This document shows positions 12,960-24,239 of a stretch of DNA of 64,000 nt, in pieces. How positions within the stretch are numbered: the stretch's first letter is position 1; every line of letters begins with the position of its first letter. A program made the position numbers and the translations under genes. The notes beneath the pieces are model-generated. The model had not been told where the DNA came from, made no database searches, and worked only from the letters and a program-made list of their open reading frames with translations. The DNA is from Isurus oxyrinchus (Eukaryota). The DNA is taken from contig JANJGN010000021.1 of NCBI GenBank assembly GCA_026770705.1, forward strand, positions 1,922,001 to 1,986,000, written 5' to 3'.

Positions 12960-13394
12960 CGTTATTAACAAAAGTTGATGTGGATAATGGTGCAGGAATT
13001 AAGTGTGACACTGACAGGAAGTGAAGCCTATGTACAAGGTATTTAATAGGTTACATCAGTGACTCTTCTGTAGCCTTACTTACTCTGAGTTTGTGGAGAT
13101 AATGTGCTGCCTCCACTGAGGGAAGGCTTTAATTACAGTATGACAAGTTTACATCTACAGTTTCTATTATAAATATATATGGTTATAGATATGTTTCTGA
13201 GTTGAATTCCTGCAGGGTTTCTCAATCCCTTGCTGTAAGTTCACTGGACAATTGAAAAAGTCCTTTCAAGCTGTTTGTCTGGGATTTCTGGCAACGTACC
13301 AGCAATGTTCTGGTAGGAGGTCAGGAGATTGAGGCCCTTTGTGGAAATTATCACCCATCATCTCCAACTCAGAAGGTCTGACATGAACCAAATC

Positions 13395-14410
13395 ATTCAC
13401 AGGATTTAGGCATTGCTGGCTAGGCCAGCATTTATTGCCCACTCCTAATTACCCTTGAGAAGGTGGTGGTGGGCTGCCTTCTTGAACCGCTGCAGTCCAT
13501 GTGGTGTAGGGACACCCACAGTGCTGTTAGGGCACAGTTCCAGGATTTTGGCCCAGCAACAGTGAAGGAACAGCGATATATTTCCAAGTCAGGATGGTGA
13601 GTGACTTGGAGGGGAACTTCCAGGTGGTTGTGTTCCCATGTGTCTGCTGTCCTTGTCCTTCTAGATGGCAGAGGCCGTGGGTTTGGAAGAAGCTGCTTAG
13701 AGGCTTGGTGCGTTTCTGCAGTGCATCTTATGGATGGTACACACTGCTGCCACTGAGCGTCGGGGGAAGACGGAGTCGATGTTTGTGAAAGGGGTGCCAA
13801 TCAAGCAAACTGCTTTGTCCTAGATGGTGTTGAGCTTCTTGAGTGTTACTGGAGCTGCACTCATCCAGGCAAGTATTCCATCACACTCCATGTTGTGTAG
13901 ATGGTGGACAGTCTTTGGGGGGGTCAGGAGGTGAGTTACTTGCTGCAGGATTCCTAGCCTCTGACCTGTTCTTGTGGCCACAGTATTTATATGGCTGGTC
14001 CAGTTCAGTTTCTAGTCAATGGTAACCTCCAGGATATTGATAGTGGGGGATTCATTGATGCTAATGCCATTGAACATCAAGGAGCGATGGTTGGATTCTC
14101 TCTTGTTGGAGATGGTCATTGCCTGACACTTGTGTCGTGTGAATGTTACTTGCCACTTGTCAGCCCAAGCCTGGATATGGTCCAGGTCTTGCTGCATTTG
14201 GACATGTACTACTTCAGTATCTAAGGAGTTGTGAACGGTGCAGAACATTGTGCAATCATCAGCAAACATCCCCACCTCTGATCTTATAATGGAAGGAAGA
14301 TTATTGGTGAAGCAGCTGAAGATGGTTGGGCCGAGGACCCTACCCTGAGGAACTCCTGTGGTGATGTCCTGGAGCTGAGACAATTGACCTCTAACAACCA
14401 CAACCACATT
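13395..14410 (-). mobile_element. 5'-truncated L2/Crack-like LINE
   Basis: ORF 14012-14407 GVPQGRVLGPTIFSCFTNNLPSIIRSEVGMFADD..QAWADKWQVTF; same family as 7743-8890. Confidence 0.9.
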
Positions 14411-15069
14411 CCAGAAAAGCTTCCCCCGTAAGATGTTTTTGATCCTATCGGATTATCTTCAGGTTTTCTTCCAACCATCTGCCATTTGCCATATTCTTAC
14501 TGGTACCACAAGTGCGTGCCTTTATCTCTGAAATACAGTACCAGACCTAACACCAAAAACAGTTTCAGAATTACCTGGAAAAACTCAGCAGGTCTGGCAG
14601 CCTCGGCGGAGAAGAAAAGAGTTGATGTTTTGAGTCCTCATGACCCTTCGACAGAACTAAGTAGAAATAGGAAAGGGGTGAAATATAAGCTGGTTTAAGG
14701 TGTGTGTGTGTGTCGGGGGGTGGGGGGGTGTTGGGTGGGGTGGGGGGAGAGAAGTGGAGAGGGGGTGTGGTTGTAGGGACAAGTAAGCAGTGATAGAAGC
14801 AGATCATCAAAAGATGTCACAGACAACAGAACAAAAGAACACATAGGTGTTGAAGTTGGTGATATATATCTAACCAAATGTGCTAATTAAGAATGGATGG
14901 TAGGGCACTCAAGGTATAGCTCTAGTGGGGGTGGGGGGAGCATAAAAGATTTAAAAATATTTAAAAATAATGGAAATAGGTGGGAAAAAGAAAAATCTAT
15001 ATAATTTATTGGAAAAAACAAAAGGAAGGGGGAAGAAACAGAAAGGGGGTGGGGATGGAGGCAGGAGTT

Positions 15070-15338
15070 CAGGACCTAAAGTTGTTGAATTCAATATTCA
15101 GTCCGAAAGGCTGTAAAGTGCCTAGTCAGAAGATGAGGTGTTGTTCCTCCAGTTTGCATTGAGCTTCACTGGAACAATGCAGCAAGCCAAGGACAGACAT
15201 GTGGGCAAGAGAGCAGGGTGGAGTGTTAAAATGGCAAGCGACAGGGAGGTTTGGGTCATTCTTGCGGACAGACCGCAGGTGTTCTGCAAAGCGGTCGCCC
15301 AGCTTACGTTTGGTCTCTCCAATGTAGAGGAGACCCAA
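15070..15338 (-). pseudogene. Penelope GIY-YIG endonuclease fragment
   Basis: LLYIGETKRKLGDRFAEHLRSVRKNDPNLPVACHFN..KLEEQHLIF*..GLNIEFNNFRS*, showing the YIG-E-T-R..R..EH and GLN signature of the PLE endonuclease; partial mirror copy at 15331-15520 (+). Confidence 0.85.
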
Positions 15339-15917
15339 ACCTCCCTGTCACTTGCCATTTTAACACTCCACCCTGCTCTCTTGCCCACATGTCTGTCCTT
15401 GGCTTGCTGTATTGTTCCAGTGAAGCCCAACGCAAACTGGAGGAACAATACCTCATCTTCCGACTAAACACTTTACAGCCTTGCGGTCTGAATATTGAAT
15501 TCAACAACTTTAGGTCCTGAACTCCCGCCTCCATCCCCACCTCCTTTCTGTTTCTTCCCCCTTCCTTTTGTTTTTTTCCAATAAATTATATAGATTTTTC
15601 TTTTTCCCACCTATTTCCATTATTTTTAAATATTTTTAAATCTTTTATGCTCCCCCCACCCCCACTAGAGCTATACCTTGAGTGTCCTACTATCCATTCT
15701 TAATTAGCACATTCGTTTAGATATATATCAACTTCAACACCTATGTGTTCTTTTGTTCTGTTGTCTATGACATCTTTTGAAGATCTGCTTCTATCACTGC
15801 TTGTTTGTCCCTACAACCGCACCCACCCCCCCTCCACTTCTCTCCCCCCACCCAACCCACCCACACACACACACACCTTAAACCAGCTTATATTTCACCC
15901 CTTTCCTATTTCTACTT

Positions 15918-15956
15918 AGTTCTGTCGAAGGGTCACGAGGACTCGAAACGTCAACT
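15918..15956 (+). ncRNA. Minimal type I hammerhead ribozyme-like motif of the Penelope tail (variant core)
   Basis: agtt CTGTCGA a gggtc acgag gactc GAAA cg TC aact: stem I agtt/aact, stem II gggtc/gactc, short palindromic stem III; core differs from CUGANGA. Confidence 0.6.
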
Positions 15957-16214
15957 CTTTTCTTCTCTGCCGATGCTGCCAGACCTGTTGAGTTTTTCCA
16001 GGTAATTCTGTTTTTGTTTTGGATTTCCAGCATCCGCAGTTTTTTGTTTTTATTATCAAAAACAGTTTATTGTCTGCCCCTCTTTAGGATTCCCTGTGCC
16101 GGATCGTGTTATATTTTCTAGCAGGAACCCTGCCTAACGTGTTATCATTGATGTTCCATGGCAGGATCACCAATTCAATAGGGGGAAATCATGTATTAAA
16201 CTGTCTCCTTAAGG

Positions 16215-16287
16215 TTTTTGACACTCCAACACTATGACTTTTTCCCTGTGAAAAGGGAAAAAAGTCATAGTGTTGGGGTGTGAAAAA
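16215..16287. repeat. Near-perfect ~32-bp inverted repeat (hairpin)
   Basis: tttttgacactccaacactatgactttttccc / tgtgaaaa / gggaaaaaagtcatagtgttggggtgtgaaaaa. Confidence 0.9.
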
Positions 16288-16847
16288 TGACATGTGCATT
16301 GAACATGCTCCTACCGCTGCCAGGAGAACTGGTTAGCAGGAAGGTCTCCTGCAGGTGAATGCAAATTTTAGAACTGCATCTTGTCATTGATGACTCACCA
16401 CAATACTTTCAGCAAACCAATAAATAAGTAGGAGTCCAAGGTTCACAGACCATAAATATCCAATGACCCTCTGGGTTATATTTCTTCTATGTTTTTTAGA
16501 AGACGTAGGGAAAACATTTGCTCCGCGCATTAATTTAATGCAAAATGCAATATGAGTGCCAAGCTCAAAGCATGAATTGTTGCATACACACATCATATTT
16601 GCAATAACTTATGTACACAGAACTATTTTATACCTTTCAACCTTGTTCCAAAAATTTCCAAACGAGGACCTCAGGAGTCCCAGCCCAGTGAGCCTGCAAG
16701 AACATCAGATTTCTGTCCGTCTGCCATTACGTTTCTTTACTTTTCTTCCTTGTTGACTTGCTAGCATTTCTGTTGTTATCTACTTAATAGAACAGGACTT
16801 TCTTCACTAGTGATACAGTCTTCCTTTAGGTAGCTAACTGGCTTTCA

Positions 16848-17030
16848 GACAGGATTTTCCAGTCACGCCACAGACGGCCATCGTAATGGGTGGGATGGGA
16901 AAGTTTGGAGAGTCATTGACTTTTCACAGCTCTCCAGATTTTTCCATCCTGCCGCTCCCCCCCCCCCCCTCCCCCCCACGACCCCCGACCCCCGGACGAT
17001 GGCCACTGGCGTCAGGGGTGGAAGTGTTCC
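16848..17030. mobile_element. Short Harbinger-like MITE (same family as 50866-50993)
   Basis: Start gacaggattttcca; internal cattgactttt is the reverse complement of aaagtcaatg in the 50866 copy; internal inverted symmetry. Confidence 0.45.
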
Positions 17031-17624
17031 CATATCCTTAGAGAATCCAACACAGAAAAATGTAATGTTTGAAATTTTTAAGGAAACATGGGGGAAGAAG
17101 ACTCTATGATAAGTTGGTTAACTATCACTTTTTATATCCATTGGAAGTCTCCTTATACGAGTAAATAATGTTAACCTTGGCTGCTTTTCTTGACCACCAA
17201 CCCTGTCCCTAGACCTTTTCCCCTGCCCCCTTCACCCTCACTTCCAACAAGTGCAAGGAGCTTATAGACTTCTTTGTCACTAAGAGTAAGAACATCAGTC
17301 GTCTCTGCATTTTCCCTTGTCTTACAAGACAAACCTCCCACAAGGTTCACTCCACATGATGCCAACCGTGGCCTTGAATCCATCTTTTCACTGTTTTTCT
17401 CTCCTAGCTCCCCTCTCACTTCCTGACTGACAGGCCAGCTGACTTGGCTGTCTCTCCTCAGATATTATTCTCCTCCCTTTCAAAACCACTGTCATTTTCC
17501 ACCTCCTCAAAAAAAAACCCACAGTTAATTCCTCTACCCTTGGAAGCTACAGTTCCATCTCCAACATTCCTTTCCATTACAGGGTCCTTGGACATGTTAT
17601 CACATCCCAAGTGCATGCCCATCT

Positions 17625-20290
17625 TTTCTGAAACTCATTGCGTAGTATTTGCAGCACTGGATCAGGCCATTTGGACCAACTGAGCCAAGCTGCTGTTTAT
17701 GCTCCACATGAACCTTCTCCCAACCTTCTTCTAACCCCATCATATATCCTTCTGTTGCTTTCTTCCTCATGCATTTATCTAGCTTCCCTTTAAATGCTGG
17801 CCACCTCAACCACTCTTCATGGTGGCGAGTTCGTCATTGTAACCATTCTCTGGATAAAGTAGTTTTTCCCGAATTTCCTATTGAATTTATGAGTGATTTT
17901 CTTATACATAGGGTCCCTGGTTCTGGTCTGCAAGGCTAGTGGAAAAATCGTCCGTACATCTTTCCTAACAAATCCTTTCATAATTTTAAAGACCTCTATC
18001 AGGACACCGCCCCCACCCACCGCCCCGCCATTCTTCTCTGCCCTAGAGAAAAGAAACCCAGACTGTTCAATCTTACCCTATGGGTATGGAATAAATCTTT
18101 TTTGCACCTTCTCCAGCGTCTCTATATTCTTTCACAATATAGAGATCAGAACGGTTCATAGCATTCCAAATGTTGCCTAACCAAGTGTTATTCAAGTCCT
18201 TCCCTCTAGAAATGAACCCCAAATAGTTGCTAGTTTTTTCTTAATGGCCTTATTAACCTGCAGCACCTGTTTTAGTGATTTGTTTAACTGCCCCCCCTGA
18301 CAGAGACGGAGCAGAGTGAAGCAGCGCGGGAGCAGGGTGAAGCAGCATGTGAACAGGGTGAAGCAGCGCGGGAGCAGGGTGAAGCAGCGCGGGAGCAGAG
18401 TGAAGCAGCGCGGGAGCAGGGTGAAGCAGCGCGGGAGCAGGGTGAAGCAGCACGTGAGCAGGGTGAAGCAGCACGTGAACAGGGTGAAGCAGAAGGGGAG
18501 CAGAGTGAAGCAGCGCGGGAGCAGGGTGAAGCAGCGCGTGAGCAGGGTGAAGCAGCGCGGGAGCAGGGTGAAGCAGCGCGGGAGCAGGGTGAAGCAGCGC
18601 GTGAGCAGGGTGAAGCAGCGCGGGAGAAGGGTGAAGCAGAAGGGGAGCAGGGTGAAGCAGCACGTGAGCAGGGTAAAGCAGCGCGGGAGCAGGGTGAAGC
18701 AGAAGGGGAGCAGAGTGAAGCAGCGCGGGAGCAGGGTGAAGCAGCACGTGAGCAGGGTGAAGCAGCGCGGGAGCAGGGTGAAGCAGCGCGGGAGCAGGGT
18801 GAAGCAGCGCGAGAGAAGGGTGAAGCAGCGCGAGAGCAGGGTGAAGCAGCGCGGGAGCAGGGTGAAGCAGAAGGGGAGCAGAGTGAAGCAGCGCGGGAGC
18901 AGGGTGAAGCAGAAGGGGAGCAGAGTGAAGCAGCGCGGGAGCAGGGTGAAGCAGCACGTGAGCAGGGTGAAGCAGCGCGGGAGCAGGGTGAAGCAGCGCG
19001 GGAGCAGGGTGAAGCAGCGCGAGAGAAGGGTGAAGCAGCGCGAGAGCAGGGTGAAGCAGCGCGGGAGCAGGGTGAAGCAGAAGGGGAGCAGAGTGAAGCA
19101 GCGCGGGAGCAGGGTGAAGCAGCGCGTGAGCAGGGTGAAGCAGCGCGGGAGCAGGGTGAAGCAGAAGGGGAGCAGGGTGAAGCAGCACGTGAGCAGGGTA
19201 AAGCAGCGCGGGAGCAGGGTGAAGCAGAAGGGGAGCAGAGTGAAGCAGCGCGGGAGCAGGGTGAAGCAGCACGTGAGCAGGGTGAAGCAGCGCGGGAGCA
19301 GGGTGAAGCAGCGCGGGAGCAGGGTGAAGCAGCACGTGAGCAGGGTGAAGCAGCGCGGGAGCAGGGTGAAGCAGCGCGGGAGCAGGGTGAAGCAGCGCGA
19401 GAGAAGGGTGAAGCAGCGCGAGAGCAGGGTGAAGCAGCGCGGGAGCAGGGTGAAGCAGCACGTGAGCAGGGTGAAGCAGCGCGGGAGCAGGGTGAAGCAG
19501 CGCGAGAGAAGGGTGAAGCAGCGCGAGAGCAGGGTGAAGCAGCGCGGGAGCAGGGTGAAGCAGCACGAGAGCAGGGTGAAGCAGCGCGGGAGCAGGGTGA
19601 AGCAGCGCGAGAGAAGGGTGAAGCAGCGCGAGAGCAGGGTGAAGCAGCGCGGGAGCAGGGTGAAGCAGAAGGGGAGCAGAGTGAAGCAGCGCGGGAGCAG
19701 GGTGAAGCAGCGCGGGAGCAGGGTGAAGCAGCGCGGGAGCAGTGTGAAGCAGCGCGGGAGCAGGGTGAAGCAGAAGGGGAGCAGAGTGAAGCAGCGCGGG
19801 AGCAGGGTGAAGCAGCGCGGGAGCAGAGTGAAGCAGCGCGGGAGCAGGGTGAAGCAGAAGGGGAGCAGAGTGAAGCAGCGCGGGAGCAGTGTGAAGCAGC
19901 GCGGGAGCAGGGTGAAGCAGAAGGGGAGCAGAGTGAAGCAGCGCAGGAGCAGTGTGAAGCAGCGCAGGAGCAGTGTGAAGCAGCGCGGGAGCAGGAGTGA
20001 AGCAGCGCGGGAGCAGGGTGAAGCAGCGCGGGAGCAGGGTGAAGCAGCGCGGGAGCAGGTGAAGCAGCGCGAGAGCAGGGTGAAGCAGCGCGTGAGCAGG
20101 GTGAAGCAGCGCGAGAGCAGGGTGAACCAGAGTGGGTGCTCCTCTACTCTTCTACCCCACTTAGACATTTACTTTCCAACCTTTCTTTTCATTTTTCCAA
20201 AATGTACTAGCTCATCTGTATCTATAGTGAAGTTTATTTGTGAATCACACACCAATTCTGCAAGTTTATTAATGTCTTCCTGTATTTTTT
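17625..20290 (-). mobile_element. CR1 LINE 3' fragment containing the 21-bp minisatellite
   Basis: Minus ORFs 17600-17809 (FKGKLDKCMR) and 17817-18020 (LIEVFKIMKG..FPL..TRTR..NYFIQR); CR1 sequence resumes after the array at ~20135. Confidence 0.75.
18307..20127. repeat. 21-bp GC/CpG-rich minisatellite, ~86 units (GAGCAGGGTGAAGCAGCGCGG)
   Basis: Directly visible tandem array with variant units (cacgtg, aaggg, cgcgag, agaagg); explains the long repetitive ORFs in three frames. Confidence 0.98.
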
Positions 20291-20389
20291 TGACATTTGA
20301 ATATCTCCAATCAGATTTCTGTCCTACCACAGAATTGAAATGGTCCTAAATGAAGCCATATATAACATTGCCTGTGCGTGTTACCAAAG

Positions 20390-21540
20390 TGAACCATTCT
20401 TCCTTGTCCTTCTCAATCTCTCTTTAACATTTGAGATGGTCAGCCACACTATCCTTCTCTAATCCTTCTCCTCTGTTGGTCAGCTGCATGGGACTGCACT
20501 CATTGGGTCCACACGTAACTATCTAATTTTAGACAATGCATCTCCTACAATGTCTTCTCCTCCTTCCCCACATGATTACCTCCAGAGTCACCCAAGGATC
20601 CATCCTTAACCCCCTCCTCTTCTCAACTACGCAGCATCATCATTTGCGAACATGGGACTAGGTTCCACATTTACACTGACAACAAACAATGCAACCTCTC
20701 CACTGACTGTCTAGGCTCCTACACAGTCTCTTTGTTATCAGGCTGCTTATCTGAAACCAGTTAAACATTGGGAGGACAGGAGCCAATACCACTGATTTCA
20801 TCCACCTCTCTGACCACTGTCTTATGTTGCACCAGGCTGTTTGTATCCTCAGTAGTTTATATGGTCCCAAGATGGGCTCCTGACTTTAAATCCTTTCCGT
20901 CACACAGACCACTTCCTTCCACTTCTGTAACATCAATCATCTCTGCCTCTGTAGCAGCCTAGCTGCTGCTGAAATTCTCATCCATTCCCTTGTTCCTCCA
21001 GTCGAGGCTATTCCAAAGCTCTTCTGACATCTCGTCCTCCACAGAAGCTTTAGATCATCCAAAAACCCTCCTGACCAAGCTGCACTGAGCCCTGCTCACC
21101 CATCACCTCTGTGTTTGCTGACCTATATTTGCTGCCAGTCTCCCAAATTTTAATTTTTCATCCTTGTGTTCAAACCCATTCATGGCCTCACTCCTTCTGG
21201 TCTCACTAATCTCCTCCAATCCGTCAATCCCCTGTGCACTCTGCATTATTCCAACTCTGGTCCCTTTTTCACTTCTCCACTCTCTTCACTCCACCACCAG
21301 TGGCTATGCCTTCATTCAAATAGCTGTTTAAAAGTCCCACCTGAAAGCTCCCTACATCTCCACCTTCCTCTCCTCCTTTAAGAGCCTCCTTCATGTCCAT
21401 CCCTTTGACCAAACTTGTGCCCATCCCTCCTACTCTCTCTCTCATTGGCTAGGTAAAGATTTCTGTCTGGTTACTACTCTCTGAACCATCTTGAAGTGTT
21501 TTTCTACATTAGAGGTGCTACACAAATGCAAACTGTTGAG
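20390..21540 (+). mobile_element. Old L2 LINE fragment
   Basis: Degenerate L2 RT motifs (ccccaaggatccatcctt, catcacctctgtgtttgctgacctatatt, ccttgtgttcaaacccattcatggcct) and tail ttttctacattagaggtgctacacaaatgcaa. Confidence 0.55.
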
Positions 21541-22891
21541 TTGTAACCAATGAAACAGACACACCTGATGCTGTGTATCTATTTGGAATCTGTAGCTTCT
21601 CTTGTATAAATGAGCAAAGTGAAGTTATTGAAGATCAATATTTCAGTCTTTCACATCTGTGGTGTACAATGCCGAATATAACAATGGGAAGGGCTCTACT
21701 GGAAAATATGATGAAAGAACACAGTTATACGCAGCAGGAATACCTGTCATAAAGGTACATCACATGCTTCACGCTCCCGTAGTCTCAATTGAGAATTCCC
21801 CAAGCTTCAGAATGCGTCTATTTCTGATATGTCACAGCTGGTGTTGGGAATCATCAAAATTAATTTTTACTATGTAACAGGATAATGGAAATTTGCCACA
21901 GCAATTTATTTTCGATCCTTAGCATTACACAAATGCTGTTTCGCCTCTTGAAAATTGGGCTGCAATATTGTTAGAAGGCAATAAACAAACATAAGTAGTT
22001 GTCAATGCATCATCCTTGATTCTTTTAGCTGCAGACAGTTTAGCCAGTGTTTCAGAGCTGTTAAACGTAACTTCTGCATGTGAGACCAAAAATAAACTTT
22101 AGTGCATGTATTGTGAAAACTGAGACATGTGAACCTTATCACTTTTAAGTGCCATATGACAAGACATGGGCCATTTAGTGTAACATGGAAAAGTGTTCAT
22201 TATTACTGATTCCTATTATAAAAAAATCAAAATGAACTCTATCCATAGAAATATTAAGCCAGAAGTAGTATTCTCTTAATGTGGTGTTATGATTATAATA
22301 ACATGACAGATATGCAAAAAAAACCCACTTTGGAAATAAAGATAACTTGCAATTAAAAGTTACACAACACAGTATTCAGGACTAAAGAACAGCAGGAAAA
22401 GGGCATAAGTTATTCCAATGACAATGCATTGAACTTTGATCCTGGCTCCAGTTTGTTCTCTTGCATCAAAGCATTGGCATTACTCTGCTATGTTTGTCTG
22501 AAGCAGAGGGTGTAATGACAATGAGGTTACCGATATCTGTGTGACAAATTAATCATTTTTCTGTTAAACTTTGTGCTCATCAAGGTGTGGAATGTTGACT
22601 GTAAAGAAAAACACTTTCCATTTCAGAAGCATCACACACTCCCAGAATGGGTATAACTTTGTATAGAATTACATTGGCTTACTTCCGTGCTGTAAACCCT
22701 ATCAGCCCAAAGGGTCTGTGCTGGTATTAAACTCCTCCCACTTGTCTTCATCCAACCAATCAGCATGCCCTTCTAGTCCTTTCGTCTTCGTGTCTATCTA
22801 ACTTCCCCTTGAGGGCATCCATGCTATTCACCTCAAAGAAAAGTTTCACAATCTAAGATGTTTCCCCAGAATTTTTTGTTGGATTTAATCA

Positions 22892-24239
22892 TGTAATGAA
22901 CTCCAATATTTACCTTAAGTTTTGAATCAAAGTCACAGTTCGGGAACTAGAGTTATCGGTGGGCCTTGGGCCTTCTGTTCCTGTGCTGGCCAGGAAATGG
23001 CTGCAAATATGCAGTTCATTTATTTTTTTTTTTTGCATAGTTCGGGCTTTTCACGCATGCACTGGCCAAGAAGGGCCGCACATGAGCATAGTCCTTTTTT
23101 TAAATATTCTTTTGGCCAGGAATCAGCCCTGCAGATATGCACCGAAGGAAAGGAAGCAAAGAAGTGAAACAGCGCAGGTGACCTGATCTGCAGCGCCATT
23201 TGAGAGAAGGTGTCCCAGGGAACAGGACACAGGGAGGGGGGGACAGGGAGAAGGTCCAAAACTAAGAAGAAGGTCCCAAACCAGCGAGTGGGGCAGAAAG
23301 AGGTCCCAGGCGGGGACAAAGACAGGGATCAGAGATAGAAACCAGTAAGCCAAGGTAAACAACAGGAGCAGAGGAAAAAGTCTCCAAGTTAAAGAAAGAG
23401 CTGCAGGGAGCAGACTTGAAGCAAAGCAGGTTTGAGAGAAGCCCTGAAGACCTGAGAGGGCAGCTGAAGGCTGGTGGTTCAATGCTGCGGGCCGTAAGGG
23501 TAAAGGTACCCTTCTGGAGCAGGGATGTTCTGCTTGGCTTGACGGAAGATCTGAGAGTGTGCTTGGGAGGTGAGGCTTTAGTATACGTGGAGATCCAGGG
23601 GAAAGGAGCCTCAGAAGGCGAGACTGAAACCTTAGAGGTGGATTCTTGTTGATGCCGTCTGAATAGGAGCAACATTTGGAGAGAATTCCAACCTGAGTTC
23701 TTGAAACATGGAAATTGGAAACCCTCGTGAGAAAGACAGAGTTTCAGTCAGACCGGTTGGCTCACGGTGTAACCAGCATCTGGGTGGGTTGTTGAGAAAT
23801 CCATAGAATCTGCTTTGGTCGCAACTGTCATTTACTTTGGAGTGTGGTGTGTCTGACCACAGTTCACCAATTGGTTCACATGTACTGCATACTTTCCCTG
23901 AATATTAGAGTATAGGATAGATATGGTAAATTGTTTTATCGTTCCGAATTTGTATGTGTCTGTAAAGATATAGCTGGAGTGAAGGAATAATGAATCTTTG
24001 AATCATTTTCTTGTGTTGGTATTGAGATCTTTCCAACCTTTTTGTCTGGTGTAATATAGTTCACTTCCCTTGTTTAATAAATATTTTATTCTTTGTGTTA
24101 AAAGTTCATCAGCAGACTCCTGTGAATTTGTTCAGTAACTTTCCTTCATGCCTTTTAAAAAAAAAGTTAGGATCTATCAAGCCAGGTTTCACTCTGGGGT
24201 CTGACTTGTCCAGCAGTAAGATCAACTGGTATCATAACA
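22892..24239 (+). mobile_element. Solo LTR (~1.35 kb) inserted in a CR1 fragment
   Basis: TGTAATGA..TCATAACA ends; AATAAA at 24076-24081; both flanks continue a minus-strand CR1 (~22680-22891 and ~24240-24290); TSD not clean. Confidence 0.7.

Larger units (their letters stand above)
14566..16056. mobile_element. Penelope-like element, head-to-head inverted duplication of its 3' part (GIY-YIG endonuclease C-terminus + tail)
   Basis: Left arm (minus, ~14566-15330) and right arm (plus, ~15331-16056) are near-identical inverted copies; 12-bp direct repeat caaaaacagttt at 14554-14565 and 16057-16068. Confidence 0.9.

Noticed and set aside
18307-20127. CRISPR-like array
   Set aside because: Contiguous tandem units with no unique spacers, no cas genes and a eukaryotic context.
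18192-20349. Long ORFs of 658, 437 and 677 aa (KQRGSRV, CFTLLPR and LLHPAPA repeats)
   Set aside because: By-product of a stop-free 21-bp minisatellite open on both strands; embedded in a dead CR1 with no splice or promoter evidence.
21640-21877. Possible exon (VVYNAEYNNGKGSTGKYDERT..)
   Set aside because: Not recognisable as any protein family; cannot be supported without a search.
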